Assembly (NCBI GenBank): GCA_040905465.1
Contig: JBBDRK010000056.1
Span: 1-13,027, forward strand
From: Trueperaceae bacterium
GTDB taxonomy: Bacteria; Deinococcota; Deinococci; Deinococcales; Trueperaceae
Length of the DNA stretch: 13,027 nt
Reading direction: 5' to 3'
This document shows positions 1-6,260 of this stretch, piece after piece. The position numbers and the translations under genes are program-made. The notes under the pieces were generated by a model. The model saw only the letters and a program-made list of their open reading frames with translations, was not told where the DNA came from and did not search any database. Within the stretch, counting starts at the first letter, position 1. Every line of letters starts with the position of its first letter.

Positions 1-263
1 TGCAGATCAAGGTCTACACGACCCGGTGGTGCGGTGACTGCCAGATCACCAAGAATTACCTGTCAAAATTCGGTATTCCTTTCGAGGAGATCGACATCGA
101 AAACGATCCCCAGGCGGCCGCTTACGTAATGCAGGTCAACGACGGCAGGCGTAGCGTTCCGACCCTGGAGTACGACGGCGAGGCCACCAGCCTCTCCCGA
201 TTCAGCCGTTCCAAGCTCGACGAGTTCCTCCAGAAGCACCAGCTACTGGCGAGGACAGCGTAA
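1..263 (+). CDS. Glutaredoxin/NrdH/mycoredoxin-like small redoxin (5' end cut by the window edge)
   Basis: Not in the ORF track. Manual translation from nt 3 gives QIKVYTTRWCGDCQITKNYLSKFGIPFEEIDIENDPQAAAYVMQVNDGRRSVPTLEYDG...LLARTA*, with TAA at 261-263. It has a WCGDC dithiol motif and the cis-Pro motif SVPT. The leading 'tg' may be the last two bases of the start codon. Confidence 0.9.
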   Translation, partial: QIKVYTTRWCGDCQITKNYLSKFGIPFEEIDIENDPQAAAYVMQVNDGRRSVPTLEYDGEATSLSRFSRSKLDEFLQKHQLLARTA

Positions 264-340
264 TCGAACATGGGGCAGAGGCGCGAGCTCTTCCGGCCGA
301 GCCGCGATGGAGCGCCGGCGCCAGCCTGCGTGCGTCGCTG

Positions 341-1108
341 GTGCCTGTGACTCCCGGCAATTCCGAGCCGGGCCCGATCCGGCCCGAGCACGGTGCCGGG
401 GAAGAATCCTCGGGCGGCAGGGCGGAGCGGGTTCGCGGGATGTTCTCCGCGATCGCCGGCCGCTACGACCTGCTCAACAGCGTCCTCTCCTTCGGCGTCG
501 ATCGTAGCTGGCGCCGCGAGGCGGCCAGGCTTGCCCTCGAACAGGGCCCCGAATCGGTGCTCGACGCGGCAACCGGCACCGGCGAGCTTGCTCTCCTGAT
601 GAAGCGCAAGCGACCCGCGACGCGGGTGGTCGGGGCCGACTTCGCCGCTCCCATGCTGGAGATCGCCGATCGCAAAGCGGGCGAGAGCGGACTCGACGTC
701 GAACTCCTCGAGGCCGACGTGTTGGCTCTCCCGTTCGCCGACGGTACTTTCGGAGCCGTCACCATCGCCTACGGCCTGCGCAATCTTGCCGACCTGGAAG
801 CGGGCCTCACCGAACTGCGGCGAGTGCTCGAGCCCGGCGGCCGACTGGTGGTCCTGGAGTTCCCGCCGCCGCCGGAAGACGCCCTCGGCCTGCTCTTTCG
901 CCTCTACTTCCGGCACGTCCTTCCCCGCGTAGGCGGCTGGATTTCCGGCAGCCGCAGCGCTTATGAATACCTGCCCACCTCGGTACTGGCTTTTCCCCGG
1001 CCCCCCGAACTCGCCGCTCTCGTTCGCGAGATCGGCTTCACAGGCGTCCGGTACCGCCTGCAGAGTCACGGGGTGTCCGCGATCCTGGTAGGAGAGAAGA
1101 GATCATGA
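341..1108 (+). CDS. menG: Demethylmenaquinone methyltransferase (UbiE/MenG family)
   Basis: Family motifs VRGMFSAIAGRYDLLNSVLSFGVDRSWR, SAM motif I VLDAATGTG, TIAYGLRN, EPGGRLVVLEF and AYEYLPTSV. The exact start is uncertain (GTG 341 or GTG 347). Confidence 0.92.
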   Translation: MPVTPGNSEPGPIRPEHGAGEESSGGRAERVRGMFSAIAGRYDLLNSVLSFGVDRSWRREAARLALEQGPESVLDAATGTGELALLMKRKRPATRVVGADFAAPMLEIADRKAGESGLDVELLEADVLALPFADGTFGAVTIAYGLRNLADLEAGLTELRRVLEPGGRLVVLEFPPPPEDALGLLFRLYFRHVLPRVGGWISGSRSAYEYLPTSVLAFPRPPELAALVREIGFTGVRYRLQSHGVSAILVGEKRS

Positions 1109-1698
1109 TCAGCAGCGACCTGCAAGGATTCGAAATAAACACCGACGTCGCGCTCGTGGATCCTGACTGGGACGAGTTCGCCAACGAGCACGACAAGCGT
1201 TTCGGCCTGGCGATTTCACACTTCAAGAGCCTCATCAAAGGCAAGGCGTACGACAACGAAGCCATCCGGCTACGGGTAGGGCCGGGCGGCTACTACGTGC
1301 AGCCTAAGCGGTTTCCGGCGGCATTCTACGGCGATACCACGCCACCGACTGTCGAGTTCGTCAGCGAGGACGAAGCGCGGATGGTCACCTGGGAAGCGGC
1401 CGCCCTCTACCGTTGCGGGGAGGCGCAGGCCCTGACCATCCTCTACCGCGACGGTGATCCGGCGGATATCTTCTTCGGCTACCGCAGCGGCGGCAAGCGG
1501 CGCTATGAGCTCGGCCGCGTGAGGTCTTACATTCCGCTGCATCTCCGGGTGATGGTCGACGGCCCGAGCGACACCGAGTTGCTCGAAGGTGGCAAGGGGG
1601 TCCTCATCTATCAACGGACGCGCGACGGCCGGCACCTGCTGCTCCGCGCCGCCGGCCGCCGCCAGCCGTACCTGGGCTTCCGCGAAGCCCAGGAGTAG
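1105..1698 (+). CDS. Hypothetical protein, 197 aa, no recognised domain
   Basis: ATGA overlap with the menG stop (1105-1108), SD-like GGAGAG at 1091-1096, GC3-rich codon usage and a globular-looking composition. Confidence 0.85.
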   Translation: MISSDLQGFEINTDVALVDPDWDEFANEHDKRFGLAISHFKSLIKGKAYDNEAIRLRVGPGGYYVQPKRFPAAFYGDTTPPTVEFVSEDEARMVTWEAAALYRCGEAQALTILYRDGDPADIFFGYRSGGKRRYELGRVRSYIPLHLRVMVDGPSDTELLEGGKGVLIYQRTRDGRHLLLRAAGRRQPYLGFREAQE

Positions 1699-1700
1699 AG

Positions 1701-2456
1701 GTGCGCACCTTTCCCGGGCGCGAACACCTCTACGACATCGCGATCGTCGGAGCCGGGATAGCCGGCAGCGAAGCCGCCATGACTGCAGCCAGGGAGGGCC
1801 GGGACGTGCTGCTGGTTACGACCAGCCTCGACACGGTTTACATGCTTGCGCACGCTCGCGCCGCCCTGGAGCCGCAGCCCGGTACGCTGATGGCCGAGTT
1901 GGTGGCGGCGTTGGCGCCGACCGGTAAACCGGTCGAACGCTGGGAACTGCACCGGGCAGCGAAGTACGCCCTCGAGGCCCAGTCCGGAATTCACCTGCTG
2001 CAATCCAACGTCACCGAGTTGAGCGAGGCGCGCGGACGGGTAACCGGCGTTCTCACCTGGGAGGGGGTGGGGCGGCGCGCTCGGCTGACGGCGCTGTGCG
2101 TCGGTTCGTTCCTGGGTGCCCGGCTGGAGCAGGGCAGCCTGCGCGAGGTAGCCGGCCGGCTGGGAGAGATGGCCTACGACGAACTGTTCGACGACCTCCG
2201 GGAGCGTGGCGTCTCATTCGATTCCGCCACTTTGGATATGAGCGAAGCGGCCGAGGGACCTCCTTACCGGGTGATGTTCAGGTCGATTTCGCGCGGCGAG
2301 CAGACAGGTGGCGGCTACGACCTGACTCGCTTCGGCGGGTTGTATGCGGCTGGAGCCTGCGCCGGCGGGCCTCAAACCTACGAGCAATCGGCGGTGGACG
2401 GTCGGTCGCTGGGCGCTGCACTGAGCGCTGTGACAGCCGGAGAGAACGGCGCTTGA
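1701..2456 (+). CDS. Short GidA/MnmG-related FAD-dependent oxidoreductase
   Basis: Rossmann motif DIAIVGAGIAGSEAA plus blocks AKYALE, GVLTWEG, LCVGSFLGARL, AGRLGE and GLYAAG, which I recall from the short Thermus/Deinococcus GidA-related protein. At 251 aa it is far shorter than full MnmG. AGGAG at 1691-1695 precedes GTG 1701. Confidence 0.85.
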   Translation: MRTFPGREHLYDIAIVGAGIAGSEAAMTAAREGRDVLLVTTSLDTVYMLAHARAALEPQPGTLMAELVAALAPTGKPVERWELHRAAKYALEAQSGIHLLQSNVTELSEARGRVTGVLTWEGVGRRARLTALCVGSFLGARLEQGSLREVAGRLGEMAYDELFDDLRERGVSFDSATLDMSEAAEGPPYRVMFRSISRGEQTGGGYDLTRFGGLYAAGACAGGPQTYEQSAVDGRSLGAALSAVTAGENGA

Positions 2457-2500
2457 CGGCAGCGCTTGACGGCACCTCTTGAAGGCACCGCCTGGCGTCA
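2449..2500 (+). repeat. Degenerate 13-bp tandem repeat, 4 units
   Basis: GCGCTTGACGGCA (2449-2461), GCGCTTGACGGCA (2462-2474, identical), CCTCTTGAAGGCA (2475-2487, 10/13), CCGCCTGGCGTCA (2488-2500, 9/13). Confidence 0.75.
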
Positions 2501-2522
2501 CCAACCGTCCCCGGCGCCCGCC

Positions 2523-2723
2523 TCAGTAGCGCCTGGTGTCGTCGAACGCCCGCAAGTAGGATTCCATTGCGGACAGTTCCCGTTCGTCAGCCCAGACGAA
2601 GCGAGTGCCGTCCGGTTTCGATGCCAGGAGTCGGTAGCGAAACGGCGCTTGGCGGCTACGAGCCGAAACCACATAGACTTCGCCGTCGAACCGCACTTCC
2701 TCGCCTACTTGGTACGTCCTCAT
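2523..2723 (-). CDS. Small hypothetical protein, 66 aa (MRTYQVGEEVRFDGEVYVV...), possibly an SH3-like beta barrel
   Basis: Lies within ORF 2523..2777. ATG 2723 is preferred because a TACTGT -10-like hexamer sits 7 nt upstream and the upstream extension overlaps the neighbouring gene. The fold guess comes from the short alternating hydrophobic strands. Confidence 0.65.
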   Translation of the reverse strand: MRTYQVGEEVRFDGEVYVVSARSRQAPFRYRLLASKPDGTRFVWADERELSAMESYLRAFDDTRRY

Positions 2724-2730
2724 CCACACA

Positions 2731-2736
2731 ACAGTA
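2731..2736 (-). promoter_or_regulatory. Putative -10 box (TACTGT), leaderless promoter of the 66-aa gene
   Basis: The minus strand reads TACTGT-tgtgtgg-ATG, with no SD sequence. Confidence 0.5.
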
Positions 2737-2769
2737 ACCCGAGGCGTCGTTCGGGGCGCGCTCCGCCGG

Positions 2770-3330
2770 TCAGCCACCGGTGCCGGTGGCCAGAATAGCC
2801 AGGAGGCTGATCGCCATAGCCGTTATCGGTACGGCCAGTACCACCAGGGCGTAGAACAGCAAGGCCCTTCCGGGACGGCGGCCGGAAAAGGTCTTCAGTC
2901 CGGCCGCTACTACCGCCAGATGCCAGACGGGCAACCCCAGTGTGCCGACCACCAGGCTGGTGACGGGGAAGACCGCCGCGACCGGCAGCAGAGACAGCGC
3001 CAGGAACCCGGTAGGCACCCAGGCCCAGCCGGCGATCTCCCAGCCGCGCAGGTCGAGCGCGGCCGCGCGGGCGAGCGTCATTCCGCCGACGAGCCAGAGC
3101 GTAGCGCCGTAGAGGATCATTCCGGGAACCACGAACAACAGAATCGGCAGCCAGGCGTCGCTTGCGGTCGCCCGTCCGATAGCGAACGCCATTACCGACG
3201 CGCCAACTGTCAGTGACAGCAGTGCCGGCCGGGCGGCTGCGCCGAGCCGGGCATCGTCGGGAAGGGTGGCGAAGAAATCTCCGGGATGGGCCGAGGCACG
3301 CCAGGCCCGGCCGAGCCAACCCTCCTTCAC
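2770..3330 (-). CDS. Integral membrane protein, Yip1-like (about 5 TM segments)
   Basis: N-terminal 'HPGDFFATL' followed by about five hydrophobic segments, as in prokaryotic Yip1-domain proteins. The family assignment is tentative. Confidence 0.7.
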   Translation of the reverse strand: MKEGWLGRAWRASAHPGDFFATLPDDARLGAAARPALLSLTVGASVMAFAIGRATASDAWLPILLFVVPGMILYGATLWLVGGMTLARAAALDLRGWEIAGWAWVPTGFLALSLLPVAAVFPVTSLVVGTLGLPVWHLAVVAAGLKTFSGRRPGRALLFYALVVLAVPITAMAISLLAILATGTGG

Positions 3331-3361
3331 GCGACGGCCCGAGCCAAGGCGAACAGTACCG

Positions 3362-4210
3362 TCACCGGAGCTCCGGCCGACAAGCGAAGAGGGCAGCGGC
3401 CGGTCGCGGTATCAGCCCGCGTCGCTCGGCCCGCCCAAATAGCTCGGCTACCGCCTCCCTGCCCTCGCGACCGAGATCGCGGCTATAACCGTTTACGTAC
3501 AAGTCGATGTGCTGCTGCCTGACTGCCGCGCTCATCTCCTGGGCGTGCGCGGCAACATACGGCTCCACCTGATCCGGATGACAATAGGCGAAGTCGAGGC
3601 TGGCGCGAATCGCCGAGTCCAGCAGCGTCAGTCTCTCGGCGCCGAGCGAGCGCCGCGCCGCTATTCCGCCCAGCGGCAGCAGCTTGCCGGTAGTCCGTTC
3701 CCACCACTCACCGAGGTCGAGGTGCTTCAGCAAGCCGTGCTCCTGGTAGGTGAAGCGACTCTCGTGAATGATGAGGCCGGCGTCGACCTCGCCTGCTGCT
3801 ACCGCCGGCATTATCAGGTCGTAGCGGAGTTCGCGATATTCGATGTCGTCGGGTTGTGAGAGTCCCAGCAGCAGTCTGGCTGTGGTGAGCCCGCCGGGAA
3901 CCGCGACCGATCGCCCGCGCAGGTCCGCCAGCGGTTCGCTGCTGACGATGAGCGGCCCGACGCCCTTTCCGAGTGCGCCGCCCGAGGGGAGCATGACGTA
4001 ACGGTCGGCCACGTGAGCATAGGCGTGATAGGAGATCTTGGTGACGTCGAGGACGCCGTGAAGGGCAAGCTGGTTGAGCTCCTCCACGTCGGCAAGGCGC
4101 ACTTCGAACCGTTCGGCCTCGACCAGGCTGTGGCTCAGGCCGAAAAACAGGAAACAGTCGTTGGGGCAGGGGCTGTAGCCGAGGGTCAGGGGCGACATCG
4201 AAGGTGCCAT
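3362..4210 (-). CDS. mqnD: 1,4-dihydroxy-6-naphthoate synthase (futalosine pathway)
   Basis: Signature motifs LGYSPCPND, DVEELN, GGALGKGVGP, GLIIHESRFTY, DLGEWW, LPLGG and HIDLYVN. ATG 4210 is preferred over 4216 because of the -10 box spacing. Confidence 0.95.
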   Translation of the reverse strand: MAPSMSPLTLGYSPCPNDCFLFFGLSHSLVEAERFEVRLADVEELNQLALHGVLDVTKISYHAYAHVADRYVMLPSGGALGKGVGPLIVSSEPLADLRGRSVAVPGGLTTARLLLGLSQPDDIEYRELRYDLIMPAVAAGEVDAGLIIHESRFTYQEHGLLKHLDLGEWWERTTGKLLPLGGIAARRSLGAERLTLLDSAIRASLDFAYCHPDQVEPYVAAHAQEMSAAVRQQHIDLYVNGYSRDLGREGREAVAELFGRAERRGLIPRPAAALFACRPELR

Positions 4211-4216
4211 GTACAT

Positions 4217-4222
4217 AGTCTA
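4217..4222 (-). promoter_or_regulatory. Putative -10 box (TAGACT), leaderless promoter of mqnD
   Basis: The minus strand reads TAGACT-atgtac-ATG(4210), with no SD sequence. Confidence 0.6.
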
Positions 4223-4270
4223 AAGAACTGCCGCGCCCACACCGCAACGGGGCTCCGGTCGGTTGTGGGT

Positions 4271-4714
4271 TCAGTCGAGCGCACGATGCTCGATGAGGAT
4301 GCAGCGATCCTGTATCACCTCGAGACCGGCCTGGCGGAGTCTGGCGGCAGCCTCGTCGTTGCGGATCCCCAACTGGAACCAGACAGCGCGAGGCAGTGGC
4401 CGCATGGCGAGGATGTCGTCCAGGTGCTCTGGGATATCGGCGGGCCTGCGGAAGACGTTGACGATGTCCGTGGCGGCCTCGAGTTCGCCCAGGGTGGCAG
4501 CGAACGGGTGCCCCCAGAGCGTCTCGCCGAGATGGCGTGGATTCACCGGGAACACGTCGTAACCGCTTCGCGCGAGGTATTTCGGGACGTAGTAGGCGGG
4601 TCGTCCGGTGCGATTGCTGGCCCCGAGGACCGCGATCGTGCGGGATTCGAGCAGCAGTTCGGATATCCTGCCTTGCGTGCTGCTTGCGGTAGCCCTGTCC
4701 GCGCTCGGCCTCAT
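4271..4714 (-). CDS. CoA-binding protein (YccU-like family)
   Basis: Motifs TIAVLGAS, AYYVPKYL, VFPVNP, DIVNVFR, VWFQLGI and VIQDRC. Confidence 0.92.
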   Translation of the reverse strand: MRPSADRATASSTQGRISELLLESRTIAVLGASNRTGRPAYYVPKYLARSGYDVFPVNPRHLGETLWGHPFAATLGELEAATDIVNVFRRPADIPEHLDDILAMRPLPRAVWFQLGIRNDEAAARLRQAGLEVIQDRCILIEHRALD

Positions 4715-4720
4715 GCCCGA

Positions 4721-4726
4721 AGGGTA
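4721..4726 (-). promoter_or_regulatory. Putative -10 box (TACCCT), leaderless promoter of the CoA-binding protein gene
   Basis: The minus strand reads TACCCT-tcgggc-ATG(4714), with no SD sequence. It is back-to-back with the infC promoter. Confidence 0.55.
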
Positions 4727-4761
4727 CCGGGCCGGAGGCGGCGCGCAACGTCGCCGACGCG

Positions 4762-4790
4762 TTGATGCCCCAACTCTTATCTGCTAGACT
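4762..4790 (+). promoter_or_regulatory. Sigma70/SigA-type promoter of infC-rpmI-rplT
   Basis: TTGATG (4762-4767), a 17-nt spacer and TAGACT (4785-4790), with extended -10 TG at 4782-4783. Confidence 0.75.
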
Positions 4791-4837
4791 TGAGCGCTGT
4801 GCGCCCAGAAGGGCGCCTGTTCTTGGAGGTGGAGTCC

Positions 4838-5350
4838 ATAGCGAGAGAGATGAAGGTGAATGATCAGATCAGGGCCCGGCAGGTTCGGCTCATCGGGTCG
4901 GACGGTCAACAGCAAGGGATCGTCGACACCCGAGATGCCATCCGCAGGGCCCGCGACGAGGAGTTGGATCTGGTCTTGGTCGGAGAGGCCGCGCAACCGC
5001 CGGTCGCCAAGCTGATGGACTACGGAAAGTACCGCTACGAGTTGCAGCAGGAGGAGAAGGAAGCCCGGAAGCGCTCTCGTCAGCAGGAAATGAAGGCCAT
5101 CAAGTTTCGCGTGAAGATCGAAGAGCACGACTACGAGACCAAGGTTAACCACATCCGCCGCTTCCTCAACGGGGGGCACAAGGTACGGGTAGTGATCATG
5201 TTCCGCGGACGGGAAAGAACCCATCCCGAGTTGGGTCAGGAGATTCTGGACCGCGTTGCGCGTGACGTATCGGAGCTCGCAGCCGTCGACCAGATGCCGA
5301 CTATCGCGGGCATGGACATGAACATGACCCTCCGCCCCGTCAGAGACTGA
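4838..5350 (+). CDS. infC: Translation initiation factor IF-3, probable non-canonical ATA start
   Basis: Motifs VNDQIRARQVRLI, PPVAKLMDYGKYRYE, IEEHDYETK and IMFRGRE. SD GGAGGT (4825-4830) lies 7 nt upstream of the in-frame ATA at 4838. ATG 4850 is the alternative start. Confidence 0.97.
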   Translation: MAREMKVNDQIRARQVRLIGSDGQQQGIVDTRDAIRRARDEELDLVLVGEAAQPPVAKLMDYGKYRYELQQEEKEARKRSRQQEMKAIKFRVKIEEHDYETKVNHIRRFLNGGHKVRVVIMFRGRERTHPELGQEILDRVARDVSELAAVDQMPTIAGMDMNMTLRPVRD

Positions 5351-5437
5351 TCGGAACCACAGCTTCTTACGCGACTACTCTGCCAGACAGCGAGCGACGC
5401 TCGCACCACGCAATAGCCAGCACTAGGAGAAGTTGAG

Positions 5438-5635
5438 ATGCCGAAACTGAAGACCCACAAGGGCACCAAAGCCCGTGTAAAGATCACTGGGCGAGGTAAG
5501 GTCACGGCGATGCGCTCCGGAAAACGTCACCTGAACTACAAGAAGTCAGGTAAGCAGATCCGTAAGGGCCGCACTGACATGGTCATCGCCAAGCCGGACG
5601 CAGAGCGCATCAAGGCGCTGCTGCCGTACGATTAG
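5438..5635 (+). CDS. rpmI: 50S ribosomal protein L35
   Basis: MPKLKTHKGTKARVKITGRGK...KALLPYD, SD AGGAG at 5425-5429, canonical position between infC and rplT. Confidence 0.98.
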   Translation: MPKLKTHKGTKARVKITGRGKVTAMRSGKRHLNYKKSGKQIRKGRTDMVIAKPDAERIKALLPYD

Positions 5636-5644
5636 GGGACTGCC

Positions 5645-5995
5645 ATGCCAAGAGCCAAGACTGGCACCGTCCGGCGTGCCAAGCACAAGAAGATACTCAA
5701 GCGTGCCAAGGGTTTCTGGGGCCTCCGGTCCAAGAGCTTCCGCATCGCACAGCAGACGCTGCTCAATGCCGCCGACTACTCTTATCGTGACCGGCGCGAC
5801 AAGAAGCACTTCTTCCGGCGACTGTGGATCGCGCGTATCAACGCTGCCGCGCGCCAGGAGGGCCTGAGCTACTCGCGTTTCGTGAGTGGGCTGCGGAGCT
5901 CCGGGGTCGAACTCGACCGCAAGGTCCTTGCCGACCTGGCCGTCCGTGAGCCGGCTGCGTTCCGCAGTCTGGTCGAGGTTGCGCGGGGAGCCTGA
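5645..5995 (+). CDS. rplT: 50S ribosomal protein L20
   Basis: MPRAKTG...[11 protein letters not shown]...[14 protein letters not shown]...[11 protein letters not shown]. Confidence 0.99.
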   Translation: MPRAKTGTVRRAKHKKILKRAKGFWGLRSKSFRIAQQTLLNAADYSYRDRRDKKHFFRRLWIARINAAARQEGLSYSRFVSGLRSSGVELDRKVLADLAVREPAAFRSLVEVARGA

Positions 5996-6015
5996 GCCGG
6001 TTTCGACTGGAGCAC

Positions 6016-6052
6016 GAGCGGGATCGTCCTTTCGGGCGATCCCGCTTTTCTT
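6016..6052 (+). terminator. Intrinsic terminator of the infC-rpmI-rplT operon
   Basis: 12-bp stem GCGGGATCGTCC (6018-6029) / GGGCGATCCCGC (6034-6045) with one G-U pair, loop TTTC, followed by TTTTCTT. Confidence 0.9.
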
Positions 6053-6125
6053 GCGGGACTGAAGATTGTCCCTACGGCTTCGATCACGTGAGTAATCAGC
6101 GGTCCGTCATCCGGCATGATGGGGT

Positions 6126-6131
6126 TACAAT
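6126..6131 (+). promoter_or_regulatory. Putative -10 box (TACAAT) upstream of the response-regulator pair
   Basis: Near-consensus hexamer downstream of the rplT terminator. No convincing -35 element. Confidence 0.5.
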
Positions 6132-6142
6132 GGCTTGCAATC

Positions 6143-6256
6143 GCACGGAGGGGGGCGTCGGTGGGAGCTTGCGTACGTCATCTAACTTGCGGATCAAGAA
6201 CGACCGTTCAGGCGGCACGGCGCCCGAGCCCCCATCCGTGCCTTCGGAAAGAGGCA
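6143..6256 (+). ncRNA. Candidate structured leader RNA or sRNA, family unknown
   Basis: Long-range stem: 6143-6149 with 6235-6241 (7 bp), 6151-6156 with 6228-6233 (6 bp) and 6158-6161 with 6224-6227 (4 bp). A second hairpin (6239-6244 with 6251-6256) covers the SD of the downstream gene. Confidence 0.35.
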
Positions 6257-6260
6257 GATC

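Noticed and set aside
122..1069. 315-aa minus-strand ORF opposite the redoxin and menG
   Set aside because: Antisense shadow of clearly identified genes, with no motifs.
1701..2456. GidA-like gene as a truncated mnmG pseudogene
   Set aside because: It has a clean SD and start, an intact frame, and motifs from both ends of the FAD-binding fold, consistent with the naturally short family.
2449..2500. Tandem repeat as a mini CRISPR array or insertion scar
   Set aside because: The units are contiguous with no spacers, are only 13 bp long, and there is no cas or transposase gene nearby.
3708..4765. Long alternative ORFs 3708..4748(-) and 4013..4765(+)
   Set aside because: Frame-shifted or antisense overlaps of mqnD and the CoA-binding gene, with low-complexity or motif-free translations.
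6143..6241. Identification of the long stem as SRP (4.5S) RNA, 6S RNA, tRNA or Y RNA
   Set aside because: It has no SRP helix-8 core (CAGG...GGAA...AGCA) on either strand, is too short for a typical 6S RNA, forms no cloverleaf and has no adjacent Ro/Rsr gene. Kept only as an unassigned candidate.
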